64,000 nucleotides of DNA. Origin: Chiloscyllium plagiosum. Taxonomy: Eukaryota. The stretch spans positions 5,683,339 through 5,747,338 of the forward strand of contig NC_057749.1 of assembly GCF_004010195.1 (NCBI RefSeq). The letters are read 5' to 3'. This document shows, one piece after another, positions 13,801 through 28,800 of this stretch. The notes below the pieces were generated by a model, which did not search any database, had not been told where the DNA came from, and worked only from the letters and a program-made list of their open reading frames with translations. Each line of letters starts with the position of its first letter. The stretch's first letter is position 1. A program made the position numbers and the translations under genes.

Positions 13801-16800
13801 TAGGTCGGTGAGCCTTCCATCAGTGGCAGAGAAATTATTGGAGAAAATTCTTAGGGACATGATTTACTCACATTTGGAAAAGAATGGACTTATAAGGGAT
13901 AGTCAGCATGACTTTGTGCAGGGGAGGTATTGCCTCATAAATTTAAGCGATTTCTTTTGAGTAAGTGACAACATAGTTGATGAAGGTAGGACAGTGGGTA
14001 TTGTTTACATGGACTTTACAAAAGTATTTAACTAGTTCCTTCATGGCGGGCTGATCTAGCAGGTTAAGACACATGGGATCTACAGTGAGTTGGTAAGTTG
14101 GATACAAAATTGGCTTGGCCATAGAAGACAGAGGGTAGTTGTGGGAGGAAGTTTTTCTGACTGGAGGTCTTGGACCAGTGGTCATACAGTCATAGAGATG
14201 TACAGCACGGAAACAGACCCTTCGGTCCAACTCGTCCATGCCGACAAGATATCGCAACCCAATGTAGTCACACCTGCCAGCACCTGGCCCACATCCCTCC
14301 AAACCCTTCCTATTCATATACCCGTTCAGACATCTTTTACATATTGCAATCGTACCAGCCTCCACCACTTCCTCTGGCACGTACCACCCTCTGCTTGAAA
14401 AAGTTGCCACTTAGGTCTCTTTTATATCTTTCCCCTCTCACCCTAAACCTATGCAGTCTAAGTTTTGGACTCCCCCACCCTAGGGAAAAGACTTTGTCTA
14501 TTTATCTTATCCATGCCCCTCATGATTTTATAAACCTCTATAAGGTCACCCCTCAGCCTCCAACACTCCAGGAAAAACAGCCCCAACCTGTTCACCTTCT
14601 CCCTATAGCTCAAATCCTCCAACCCTGACAACATCCTTGTAAATCTTTTCTGAACCCTTTCATGTTTCACAACATCTCTCCAACAGGAAGGAGACCAGAC
14701 ATTGCACACAATATTCCATGTGGCGTAACCAATGTCCTGTACAGCCACAACATGACCTCCCAACTCCTGTACTCAATACTCTGACCAATAAAAGAAAGCA
14801 TACCAAACGCCTTCTTCACTATCCTATCTACCTGCTACTCCACTTTCAAGGAGTGATGATCCTGCACTCTGAGGTCTCTTTGGTCAACACACTCCCCAGA
14901 ACCTTACTATTAAGTGTATAAATCCTGCTAAGATTTGCTTTCCCAAAATGCAATATCTCACATTTATCTAAATTAGTGGACAGTGAAGAGGGTTGCCTCA
15001 GATTACAACAGGATCTGGACCAGATGGGCCAATGGGCTGAGAAGTGGCAGATGGAGATTAATTCAGATAAATGCGAGGTGCTGCATTTTGGGAAACCAAA
15101 TACTCTATGACTCTAAATTAAACTCCATCTGCCACTTCTCAGCCCATTGGCCTATCTGATCAAGATCCCGTTGTAATCAGAGATAACCTGCTTCACTGTC
15201 CACTACACCTCCAAATTTTGATGTCTTCTGCAAACTTACTAACTGTACCTCTTATGCTCACACCCAAATCATTTATATAAATGATGAAAAGTAGTGGACC
15301 TAGCACCGATTCTTGTGGCACTCCATTGGTCACAGGCCTCCAGTCTGAAAAACATCTCTCCACCACCACTGAGTCAGTTCTCCCTATATTCCATGAGATC
15401 TAACCTTGCTAACCAGTCTCCCATGGAGAACCTTGTCAAATGCCTGACTGAAATCCATATAGATCACATCTATCACTCTGCCCTCATCAATCCTCTTTGT
15501 TACTTCTTCAAAAAAACTCAATCAGGTTTGTGAGACAGGATTTCCCACCTACAAAGTCATATTGACTATCCCTAATCAGTCCTTGCCTTTCCAAATACAT
15601 GTACATCCTGTCCCTCAGGATTCCCTCCAACAAGTGGTGTTAGGCAAGGATCAGTGTTGGAAGCTCTGCTGTTTATAATACGTATAAATGATTTGGATGA
15701 AAATATGGGGTGTCTGAAGAGTAAGCTTGCAGATAATATGAAAATTGGTGGAGTTGTGGATAGTGAAGAAGGTTGTCAAAGGATATAACAGGATATAGAT
15801 CAGTAGGAAAATTGGGTGGAGAAGTAGCAGGTGGAGTTTAATCTGGACAAGTGTGAGGTGATGGATTTTGGGAGATCAAATGCAAGAACAAAATATACAG
15901 TAAATGCCAGGACCTTAGGAAAATTGATATACAGATTGATCTTGGGGTGCAAGTCCATAGATCCCTGAATGTGACAACACAAATGAATAAGGCTGTATAG
16001 GCAGTGTCAGCATGCTTGCCTTTATTGATTGGGACATTAACTATAAAAGTTGGCAAATCATGCTGCATCTGCATAAAACTTCAGTTAGATCACATTTGAA
16101 ATATTGTGCGCAGTTCTGGTCACCACTCTTTTGGAAGGAATGTGGAGGCTTTGGAGAGAGTGCAAAAGAGGTTTATCAGGATGCTTCCTGGATTGGAGTG
16201 TATTGGTTACCAGGAGAGGTTAAACAAACCGAGGTTGTTTTTGCTGGAGCATCAGAGGCTGAGGTGGCAACATAAAATAAGTATATAAAATTATCAGAGG
16301 CACAGATGGGGGCATCTTCAGGGTGGCTGGGGTGGAAATATCAAAAGCTAGGAGGCATAATGTTAAAGTGAGAGGGGGAAAGCTTAATGCTTTAAAGTGA
16401 AAGGGCAGAAGTTTGAAGGACATGTGTGTAGCAAGTTTTTTTTAATGCGAGGGTGGTAGGTGTCTGGAAGGCATTCCCGGAGGAGATGGTAGAAGCAGAT
16501 ACACTAAGAACATTTAAGAGCTATTTAAATAGGCATGTGAATCAGCAGGGAAAAGAGCAATACAGACTATATGAAGGCAGACGGGATTAATTTAGAATGG
16601 AATCATGGTTGGCACAGACAAGGTGGGCCGAAGGGCCTGTCCTTGTGCTTACAGTACCATGAATTAACATTAACATGGAATGTTCAACTTCCCAAATTTT
16701 TGACCCAATGTGAATGCATAAAAGGGAAGGAAAGTTTTGAAGTTAACTTAAGTTGTGTGCCATTGGCATCAGATATGGTTAAATAATCAGGTTTTTAAAT

Positions 16801-19800
16801 AAACACAGAAAGTGTCACTGCTTATTGCTCCAATGTCATGCCCATTGCTTTAAGAATTTATTGTGACTGATTTGAGCAGACAACAGTTTCAATCATTACA
16901 CTCACTGATTACTACTTGATGATTCTGGGGTAGGAGTACAAGGGAATGATGAAGTTATAATATTTTCATTTCCTTGAGGTGCATTTTAAACGAATATTTA
17001 ACCTTTTCCATTCCCATTCAAAGTGAAATGATTTAACATGTTTCATTTGAAAACATCATAGGGTTTCCTGCTGAATCTCTTTAATGTGCTTTGTCCCAAG
17101 AAGGCAAGCACAGCTCCTTAATGTAGCAGCTAATAGTCCAATATTCAGTTGCTGTTGCAATCAATGCACATTCTGTTTACTAATGCTAAAAAAAGTGCCG
17201 GACCAAGGTTGCATGATCCAAAAGATTCTAGTGTAAATCTTCCACTTGTTTCAAACTCTTAATGGATCTAGGTTAATTTAGTCAGGTTTGTTTTATGGCA
17301 GTTTCAGAAATTTCACCACAGTCAGCTTTTTTAAAATACTTTCTCAAAGACTGTTTTTTTTACCTCTTAGATCTGACACCACAATATTGTCCTCTCGTTC
17401 TGCTATTTGCGAAGCCATGCCCATAATCAACTCATCTACCTTCTGTGGTTTTTCGAAATGTAGAATCTAGCAACAGGTAAACAACAAAACTTGCAAATAA
17501 ATGTGCAAATAAATCAACCAACAAAAATCAAATGCAACAAATAAACATCCTTAAAAGTAGGTGAACAGTTGTGAAAATATGTGAGTAGTATATTTTGGGT
17601 TGCAAGTTGGTAGAAACAGATAGTGGAAGATTTTTTTCTGCTCTAATCCGACCCACCCCTAACATTCGCACAAAAAAAGGGGTTGCTTTTGTTCACTAAT
17701 TATCCTGTTCATTAATTATTTGCAGACTGTGGGAATTGCTGATAAGGCAATTCCATAAAGCCAACTCCCAATTGCCATTAGGGTAGCTGGTCTCAACAGA
17801 GTTTGCTTGGCCAATTCAGATGGTTGTTTAGAGTCAACATCATTACTGTGGGTGTGAAGAGTAAGGGTACCAGGTTTCCCGTCCCAAAAGGCATCAGAGA
17901 GTCCGTTGATTAATACAGAAGTGTTGTGATCGGTATTAGATTAGATTCCCTACTGTGTGGAAACAGGCCCTACGGCCCAACAAATCCACACCAATCCTCC
18001 GAAGAGCAACCCACCCCTCTCTAACTAATGCACCTAACACTACGGGTAATTTAGCATGGCCAATTCACCTGACCTGCACATCTTTGGACTGTGGGAGGAA
18101 ACACGCACTAACATGGGGAGAACATGCAAACTCCACATAGTCAGTCGCCCAAGGCTGGAATCAAACCTAGGACCCTGGTGCTGTGAGGCAGCAGTGCTAA
18201 CCACTGCACCCCCGTGCTGCCCGAAGCAAGTCGAGGTTCCTCCGAGATTTACTGGTATTGATTTTTATTCCAAATTTAATTAAATTAATTTAAGTTTTGT
18301 ATTTGCCATATTGGGATGTGAGCTCATGGCCCAACATTATTACTCCAGTTCTCAGGATCCCAAGTTCAGTAACATAACTTCCGTACTGCTGTACACACAC
18401 AATAATGGCTTGTTTAAGACCATCAAGATCTCATTGAGATTATAGGCAACATCTTAGAACTTTGCAGTGGGCAAGAAAGAAAAATGAGCTCTGAAGTCAC
18501 GATCAGAATTGACAGTATTCTCACAAGAGAAGGCCTGGATTTCAAAGTGTCAAAGCCCATCCTTCCAAACGTATACCAAAAATTTTTTAAATAGTGTAAT
18601 TATACAAGATTATAATTTATGGGAAGGGATAATGTCACTGGACTCTTTATCCAGAGGCCCATACAAATAATTTGGAGTCATGATGTTAGGGCTGCCCATG
18701 GCTAAAGCAACATAAAGCAGCTGAAAGTGGTTCTCAGTTGATATAAAATGGCTGGGGAAGATATTTAGCTGAAACAGCTAAATCAAATCAAATCAAAGTA
18801 TAAGTTCGAGTATTCAAGGTAACGAGATACAGATAACACAAAGGGTCCTCTGAAAGTATACAATGAGATTTGTTACACAAAACTGATGTAGACGCTTGTG
18901 CAGAGAACTATGGTGGAGCTACCCATAGTAACACATTGTATGGCATAGCAAAGCATAGTCATGTCAAGCCATGTACTGGATAAAGTAATATAACAAAGAA
19001 TAGCCACCTATCAAATATCAAACTGGAGTTTTAAATATACAGCCATTATGGGATATAACTGAAAGTTCAGTTGAAGGCGGATTGAGAGATACCTTTTTAT
19101 CAGCAAGGGAGTGCTGTCTGGAATGTTGTTGAACAAGACATACAGGCATTGTGAAAGCCCAAGGATAACTGAGAAGGGAGCCCTTTAAACAATATAGATT
19201 ATGGGATGACCTAAAGCTGTCAAAAGACTGATCATGCAGTCACATGATTAACCTGATTGGATGTGCAAGTTGATAATAACGCTAATTTTTGTAACAGCCA
19301 AAGGCAGGCTAAAAGCAGATTTAAAGAAAGTGTATGTTTCCCTTTTTTTCAATGGAGACGTTCCTGGACTGCCAGAAGGTTTCTCCTCACTGGTATAAAA
19401 CAACAAACCTCTTTGACAACAAAGTGGGCCTGAGTGTCAAGTGATTCATGCAGTCAATCCATCCCCAAACACTTTGGCAATTGGTAGAATGTAGATCCAA
19501 TTAATAAATTTAATTAATAAAACTCTGAAGCTGAATGCAAAACTCAGTCAATAATAGTAGCTTTGAGTTGAAAAGTGTGGTACTGGAAAAGCACAGCCAG
19601 TCAGGCAGCATCTCAGGAGCAGGAGAGTTGACATTTCGGGCATAAGCCCTTCCATCAGGAATCGGGCTAATGCCCAAAATGTCAACCCTCCTGCTCCTCG
19701 GATGTTGCCTGACCTGCTGTGCTTTTCCAGCACCACATGTTTCGACTCTGACTCTCCAGTGTCTGCAGTTCTCATTTTTTTTCTAACAGTAGCTTTGAAA

Positions 19801-22800
19801 CTAGTACTGGTGACCATAAGAACCAATTGAATTTGTTTGTTTAGGGAAGGCAATATGTTGTCCTTAACTGGTTCTGACCTACATTTATATGACCACTAGG
19901 CATCCACAAAGTGCTTTATAAACAATGAAATACTTGTATAGCGTAGTCACTGTGGTGCTGTAGGAAATGGGTAGATTTTCTGAGCAGAGCAAGCTCCCAT
20001 GAACATTAAGGAGGTAGTGACTGGATAAATCTGTTTTCATTGAAACTATTGACTGAGTGATAAATGTTGGCTTGGAGACTTTGAAAACACCTGTTTTGCT
20101 GCAGAATACTTGAAACATTCTTCTGTTTCGCTACAAAATATTTGTTAATATGCCTTTGACATCTGCTAGAGGAGGCAGACTGTGCCTGAGTTTAATGTCT
20201 CACTCAGCAATTTCAACAGATTGGTATTCGGCCAGTACTGTACTGCAGTGTCAGCCTTTGTGGATTATCTCACACAGCAGTGCTTTGGAGGTTCCATATT
20301 GGACTGTGATGGACAAGGTCAGAAGTCACATGATGCCAGGTTATAGTGCAACAGGTACCTGACGAAGGAGCAGCGCTCCGAAAGTTTGTAATTTCAAATA
20401 AACCTGTTGGACTATAAACTGGTGTCGTGTGACTTCTGACCTTGTTCACATATCAACACATTGTATTCCATCTGTTTCATGGTAATTTTACAGTATCACT
20501 CCTCAGATATGCAGACTTACAAAATTCAAGTTCACAATTTGTCAGGGTTGAATTTAATGTCACACCAGTCTGTGACCGCTCTGTTACCATACCTCTCGAT
20601 TCCAGAAGTTATTACACACTCGAAGTGCTGGCATTTCTCCAACATTACTTGAAAAACTTTGAAACTGGCAGTCTTTGTTCCTGGAAAAGTCAAATAAAAG
20701 CTGATATTGGCATCACAGTAAATTTCAGAGCCGTTTATGCAACCCACTTACATATGACATGAAAAGAACTGGAATTTAGGAACTTCTGTATGATGAAATT
20801 AGACTAAAATCTTTTTTTTGCCATTCTGGGAGTATATGGTACAGTGAAAATGCATTTAACGACTAAACATGGTTAAATGCAAATGTGCTGTTGTCCTAGC
20901 CGCTTATTACAGAGAGACAGCTGGTGCTGGTTTAATCTGAAGGTCACCATGCCTCAGATATGGGGAGAGGCTGAGAAGGAGAGTCCTTCAGGATAAGCTC
21001 AGCCACTGCCCGATGCAGGAGTTTAACCCAGACTGTTAGCATTACACTGCTCTACAAACCAGCCATTCCAGCCAACTGAACTAATCAACCCCTAAACTAA
21101 ACATAGTAATTAATCTCTGTCAACAGTTCTACAACAGAGATAGGCATGAAGAATGTCAAAAACTGTTTCACAGATAATCAATTATTTTTGAGGTTTCATT
21201 TCTGTTCTTTGATTAGATTAGATTCCCTACAGTGTGGAAACAGGCCCTTTGGCCCACACCGACCCTCCAAAGAGTAACCCAGCCAGACCCATTTCCCTCT
21301 GACTAATGCACCTAACACTCTGCGCAATTTAGCATGGCCAATTCACCTAACCTGCTCATCTTTGGACTGTGGGAGGAAACCCATGCAGACACGGAGAGAA
21401 TGTGCAAACTCCACACAGTCACCCAAGGCTAGAATCGAACCTGGGACCATGGTACTGTGAGACAGCAGTGCTAACCACTGAGCTACCATGCCACCCTTTA
21501 CAGAAATGTAGACACAATGTTGCTACCACACCAAAGTTACTGAAATATGTTTTGGTGAAGTTGGCTGAGGAACCCGCAATGATTAAGACTCTAAAAGAAC
21601 TCCAAAACACATCAAAGGATCTTTTACAACCACAAACTGAGAGAAAACAGACCCCTGGCTTAATATCTCATTGGTGCATTCTATTTTCTTTTGTACTGCA
21701 CTGAAATGGCATCTTACGTTTAGGTGATTAAGTTCTACAGCAGAGTGTGAGACCACTTAAGAAGCATAATCAACTCAATTGGACTATTGTGAGAGATCAC
21801 AGACTTTTATACCATCAAACTGATACTTGACCTTAAATAATTTCTATATTATTTACACAAATTAAATTTAAAGTTCTGTCATAGTGGATGAAATGCACTG
21901 GGCCACCTGTAAAAATACAGAGAAACATTAAATTTTCTTCTTTATCACCTCATGTAGACACCTGGTGGAACCAAGGAGTTGATTATTCGGATAGCAGCTG
22001 ACTGAAATTCGGGTGAGATACCAGGATCCACCTGCTTCTTATAGCCTGAAACACAGATGGAAAAGGTAAAGGTGTTAGTCATTACTTCCTAAAAATGTAT
22101 GGGATTTAAAAAAACAAATTGCCCCAATTCACTGGAGTTACCACGCAACCATAAATCATACTGACCATCATATTTGCTTCCATTCTGTCCAATGAAGGCT
22201 GGCAGCCACTCATAAAATACAATATTCTGCACAAGATAAGGAAACAGTGTCAACCAGGTGGTCTTCAATGTAACAGCACATCCTCAGCACAATCTGTTTG
22301 TTGTGAGATAAGCGCGTACTATAAAAATGGAATTTCACCTTACTCGATGACTTTGCATTAGAGTTTGAAGAAATTAAATACCATGCAGTCCCGTCTGTTC
22401 CAAAAAGATGAAAATGCCACACAATCGCATCTTACCTTTCAGACTAAAATGAGATTTGCTGATATGATTTTTAGTTGAATAGAGATAGATCATACTCAAA
22501 TCAAACTGCCCTGAAGATAATCTAATCACCGCAGTCTAACAATCTAAGAATTGGTTCCAATGAGAGCATGATGTGGATCTGCTATAGGAAATTCAAATGT
22601 TCATTCAGGCCAAGAAAGTGCTGCTGATTTTTATCATTTATGTTATCTTGTAGCATCTGCCTTGCATCTCAAATAGATTAGCCTCAATGCTATCACTTCA
22701 TCAGTATTATTTGTCTGAAACCAAAACTATTCCTACAGTCTCAAGGACCCTTCCCGAAGGCACATTTGGAGCTGAGGAAGCTGGACGGTGGGTGGGACGC

Positions 22801-25800
22801 CTGATTTAATTAGGGGAGGAAGGCACAAGGACATTTTTGCTGTCCCACAAATGCAAATGATGCCTTTAAATGGGAAATGAATGCCAGTCATGTTCACTTA
22901 TGGGCTCCAAACTGGGAGGCATCCTTCAAAAGCATTTAGTGTCTCACCAAGGGATCCATGTCTGAGAGGGGTCCTTGAGAACCAACATTCTGCACTTGGC
23001 CATTGTTTCCCTCCCCATTCTCCCCATCCTGCCTGTGACCACTCACCTATGACCTGGTCTCTCACTGATATAACAGCTGCCATTAGTGATGCCTTGTGCA
23101 ATGGATGATATGTTATTGCCCAGCAACTATCAATGGCTGGCATGTCCACTCTGGGGCTGGTCCTTGATTGCTGGCTAGGCTGGCTGTTGGCTACTTAAAT
23201 TGCTTCTCTCATAAGGTGATGAATCTGTGGAATTCACTAGCCCAGAGTGTGGCGAATCCCAGGACCTTGAGTAAATTTAAAGATGTTGTGGAGATGGCGA
23301 TGTTGGACCGGGGTGGACAAAGTTAAAAATCACACAACATCAGGTTATAGTCCAACAGGGTTACTTGGAAGCACTAGCTTTCGGAGCACTGCTCCTTCAT
23401 CAGGACAGCTACCTGATAAAGGAGCAGCACTCCGAAAGCTAGTACTTCCAAATAAACCTGTTAGACTATAACCTGGTGTTGTGTGTGTGATTTTTAAACT
23501 AAATTTAAAGAGATAGACAAATTTTTCAAGTTTAAAGGGCTATAGAAAGCAGGCAGGAAAGTGAAGATGAGGTCAAGATGAAATCAGCCACGATCATATC
23601 GAATGGTCTATCTCAAGGGGCTGAACTGCCTGCTCCAGCTCCTAGTTCTGATCTGATGTTCTTAAATACTTGGCTGGGACTTAACATAGAAGGCCTTCTC
23701 TCAATGAGGTAATGCAGGTTCTTAACAGTTCTTCACCTAGCAAACAAGACCCCAGTTGCCTGGACTCATACAATTAATTTATAATCCCATGGGGAGATTG
23801 GGCTAGACAGAGTTCCACTGAAATATATCCCTGTAACAATAGATTACATATCCCTTTAACTCGGGAATTAAGGCAAATTAATTGTTTTCAGAACGTCAAC
23901 CCATTTTGGTTGCTATTCTATTGTACATTAAGGGATTGAAATTTCACATACACAAGATGTAAGACAGAGATTGTTGTGGTATTGTCCTGATTGCTGTTAC
24001 CCGCATCTCACAGTTTCTGTTACCTCTACAGGTATGTGTTTCAGAGCGAAGGGATTTGTGATGCTGCCACCTATTCTCCTTTGTCAATTCTTTGTCCAGG
24101 GTCTACCTGTGGTAGGATAGACTCTGTTGGACTACAGATCTTCAGAGAAGAGACATTGTTCTTCAGTAACAGGGTGGTTTATTGCATGACAGCAATACGT
24201 ACAACTGACAATTAAGTTAGACTCTCAGGAACTATACAAAACACAACTTCTTCCGATGAAGGTTAGGATAAAACCTCCTGTCTCTGCCCATAAACTGTGA
24301 GTGGCATCCACAAAATAAGTGGAGCCCAATGTAACATGAACATGAACTATTTCAGAACCATTATCTTGTACAACAAAACTGAGTGCAAATTAATGTTGCA
24401 TGTAAGTTAACGGACACTGACAGTTTGGTTAATATCTCACTCCAGTATGAAGCAAAGTTGCTTTTAAAACTGAACAAAACAATACATTTTAAATCCAATC
24501 TTATTCAAAGAAGTCCAAATCATTCAGTACCAAGCTGAACTAATGTGCATTATAATCACAATGAAGGTGCCTATTTTCTTTACAGCAAAGGATGGTTTTT
24601 AAAAGTTTCTTTTTTCACAAAACAAAACTTCTATAGGTATATCTAATAACAACATGCTTGACACCATCCAAGACAAAGCAGCCCACTTGATTGGCACTAC
24701 ATCCACAAACATCTACTCCCTCCGCCACCGACGCTCAGTAGCAACAGTGTACATTATCCACAAGATGCACTGTAGAAATTCACCAAGTCAGCAGCATCTT
24801 CCAAAACCACAATATTTCCATCCGGAAGGACAATGGCTGCAGTTATGGGAACATCACAATGGGCAAATTATCCTCCAAGTCACTGACGATCCTGACTTGG
24901 AAATATATCACTGTTCCATCAGTTTTGCAGGGTTGAAATTATGGAATTCTCTCCATAATGGCATTATGGGTCTACTTACACCAAATGGACTGCAGCAGTG
25001 CAAGAAATCAGATCATTACCACCTTTTCAAGGACAGCTAGGCCCGGTCAATGATGACAACATCCTGTGAATTAATTTTAAACTTCAAAATGAAGCCCAGT
25101 AAGGAATCCTGGCCTTGAAGTGAAGCCCAGTGAGGACTCCTGGCTTCAGGTGAAGCCTAGTGAGGACTCCTGAGATCAAGGTGAAGCCTAGAGAGGATTC
25201 CTGGCCTTGAAGTGAAGGCTAGCACAGACTCCTGGCCTTGAGGTGAAGCCTAATGCGAACAACCGGCCTTGAGGGGAAGCCTAGCATGGACTCCTGGCCT
25301 TAAGGTGAAGCCTAGCATGGGCTCCTGGCCTTGAGGTGAAGTCTAGCATGGACTCCTGGCCTTGAAGTGAAGGTTAGCATGGACTCCTGGCCTTGAGGTG
25401 AAGGCTAGCACAGACTGCTGGCCTTGAGGTGAAGGCTAGCACGGACTCCTGGCCTTGAGGTGAAGGCTAGCATGGACTCCTGGCCTTGAGGTAAAGGCCA
25501 GCATGGTCTCCTGGCCTTGAGGTGAAGCCTAGCATGGACTCCTGGCCTCAAGGTGAAGCCTAGTGCGGATTCCTGGCTTTGAATCATAGAATCCCTACAG
25601 TGTAGAAACAGGCCGTTCAGCCCAACAAGTCCACACTGACCCTCCAAAGAGTAACACATCCAGACCCATTCCCCTACTCTACATTTACCCTTGACTAGTG
25701 CACCTAACCTACACATACCTGAACGCTATGGGCAGTTTAGCATGGCCAATTCACTTATCCTGCATATCTTTGGATTGTGGGAGGAAACCAGAGCAGAACC

Positions 25801-28800
25801 GGGGAGAACGCGCCAACCCCACACAGACAGTCGCCCGAGGCTGGAATCGAAGCCAGGCCACTGGTGCTGTGAGGCAGCAGTGCTAACCACTGAGCCACGA
25901 TGCCACCTGAGGTGGATCTTAGCAAGGACTCATCTGTTCTATCTGCTTTATTTTTCTCTTCCTCTGCTTTAGAAGGACTGTAATGCTTTATGTCTTTATT
26001 TTTCACATTTATACTGAAGATTTTGTACCTCGGCACCTCTGCACCTAAGACAGGGCCAGAAATGGTGACTTTGTACACCTTTCACTGCAACCTTTTGCTT
26101 GAGTACATGTGATAATAAAACCTAATTCGCATTGAAAATGAGCCACAAGAATACAAATGAGCAGCACCTCTGTAGTTGTAAGTTACCTGGAAAACGGCAA
26201 TGACTTGCTTTCGAGCTCTCTGGAATAACTCTTCATCCGAGTAATTGGGATTCTTATCTTTAAACCAGCGAGCCAAATAATTGTGATATCGCAACCAGAC
26301 GATGCTTTCCGCCTGGAGAAAGGGACTTTCATTTGCTCGTGCATTTCCAAAATCTTTCAGAAAATAACACAAAAAGAAATGTTGTGAAGAATAGGCAAAA
26401 CTTTATCACTAATTTCTTTCCCATCATCAACGAGTCTTTCGTCTTAGATTTTATTAAACCTTATCCAGATGTTGTAAAGTCATGGAGGTGAACAGCACGG
26501 AAACAGACCCTTCGATCCAACTAGTCCATGCCGATCAGATATCCTAAATTAATCTCGTGCCATTTGCCAGCACTTAGCCCATATCCCTCTAAACCCCTCC
26601 TGTTCATATATCCATCTAGATGCCTTTTAAATGTTGTAACTGCACCAGCCTCCACTACTCCGGAAGGCAACTTTTTCACATACACGTACCACCTGTATGT
26701 GAAAAAGTTGCCCCTTCGGTCCCTTTTATATCTTTCCCCTCTCACCTTAAACCTATGCAGTTTAGTTTTGGGCTCCCCTGCCATGGAGCAAAGACCTTAA
26801 CTATTCACCTTATCCATGTCCCTCATGATTTTATCAACCTCCATAAGGTCACCCCTCAGCCTCCTACATTCCAGGGAAAGAGGTCCCAGCATATCCTGCT
26901 TCGCCTTACAATTCACACTTTCCAGTCTTGGCAACATCTTTGTCAATGTTTTTTGCACTCTGTCCAGTTTAAAAGTCAACCAGACTTCATGTGCTCATAT
27001 ATTCTGCAACTGCATCCCAATGGTGAAGAAGCTCTTGAGTGGCTGTTTATTTAAAACATTTATTTTCAGGAAATGGGTGTCACTAGCTCAGTCAGTATTG
27101 TTTATCCCCAAATTGCTCAGAGAGCAGTAATGAGTCAACTACAAGTGACTGGGAGTCACATGTTAGAGGCAAAAAAAATCGGGGACACCAAACGTAGGGA
27201 ATGGTTCGCCGAGCATCTCAGCCAGGCCGGTGGGGCCTGACCGGACCTCCCAGTCACCGTTCATTTCAATTCCCCTTCCCACTCCCTTTCTGACATGACC
27301 ATTCTTGGCCTCCTCCATTGCCACAATTAACCACACTGAAAATTGGAGGAACAACACCTCATTTTCCACATGGGCAGCCTACAGCCTGGAGGACTCAACA
27401 TTGAGTTCTCCAATTTCAAATAACCTCCCTTCACTTCACCCTACTCCCTGCCCAGTCCCTCCCCTCCCTTCCACTCCTCTCTGCCACCAACCGGATTCAT
27501 CCCTCCCATTGACCAACAAGGTTGTACCCTCTACCTGTCTTCACCTATCCCCACTCCACCACTCTGCCCCCGTCAGCCCCCGTAGGTTCAACAAATTTAT
27601 TTAGAAAAGAAATGGGAATGAAAGTGAATTTAAAAACCCAGATGACTCACCTAGTGCTCTTCGGCAACCCTACCTGGTGGCCCTATGCATCTGTCTAAGT
27701 GGCCTTTTATTGCTGTGTGGGTGATGCTGAATGGATTAAATTCATCTGGGACATAGTGCATCACTGATTTTGACCATTCCAATGTTAATATACAAACATA
27801 CAAATTAAGAGCAGGAGGAGGCTATTCAGTCCCTTGACCCTGCTCCCCATACACCCACCCCCAGTCCTGAAGAAGGGTTATACACAAAACATCAACTTCT
27901 CCACCACTTGATGCTGCCTGGCTTGCTGTGTTCTTCCAGCCTCCTGCTTAGTTTACCTTGGGAGTCACACACATAGCCCAGACCAGGTTAAGACAGCAGT
28001 TTCCTGCCCTAAAGGGCATTAGTGAACCAGATGGATTTTTCCTGATAATTGTCAAAGGATCCATGGTCATCATTAGACGCTTAATTCCAGATATTTGTTG
28101 AATTCAAATTCCACCATCTGCCATGGCAGGAGTTGAACTCAGGTCCCAGTCATTACTTGGGTCTCTCGGATTAATTGTCTAGCGATAATGTCACAAGGCC
28201 ATCACCTTCCCCTTAACAGTGCTGGAATTTCTGTCTCCCCACCACTGACAATTCCACCCCTCCCCACCCCACATCACAGATTATAGAATTGTTACTCTAC
28301 AGGGTGCTGATATTCGGTCTACTGTGTCGGCACCAGCTCATTAAATGAGCCAATCTCCTGCACATTATTTTTATCCAAATAACTATCCAATGCTCTCTTG
28401 AATGTCTCAATGGAACCTGCCTCCACTATACTTCCAGGTATATTCCATACCCTAACTACTCGCTCATTGAAAAGGTTTCTCTTCATTTCACTCTTGCTTG
28501 TCTTGTTAAATCTAAGCTCTCTTATTCTTGCTCATTTTACGAATTGAAACCGTTTCTCCCTGTTTACTCTACCTGGCCCGTTCATGATTTTCGTCCACAG
28601 TCTTCTCCCACCTCTAATAATCTGCAAATTAAGCCCATGCAACACCTGGTATCATTTCCTGTCAAGAAAAATAGGAAATGCAAACAGATATCGGTTATGA
28701 ACCCGAGTATTTTACTGAGGAATCGAACTAGTTACCGTAAAGTCCCTGAAGTCCAGTCTTTTTGGCGACAGGATCTGCCATTTTCCACAAACGAATCAAC

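Noticed and set aside
18684..19480. Possible additional solo LTR
   Set aside because: Starts with TG and interrupts an older repeat, but I could not find a matching CA end with a TSD
21832..21906. Possible extra DUOX exon (strong tttttacag acceptor, aag|gtcaag donor)
   Set aside because: Would need a ~42-nt intron and has an in-frame TGA; exon 9 joins the 20593-20680 exon with the expected motif
25086..25579. CRISPR-like array
   Set aside because: Units are contiguous with no unique spacers, there are no cas genes, and the context is a vertebrate intron; it is a minisatellite
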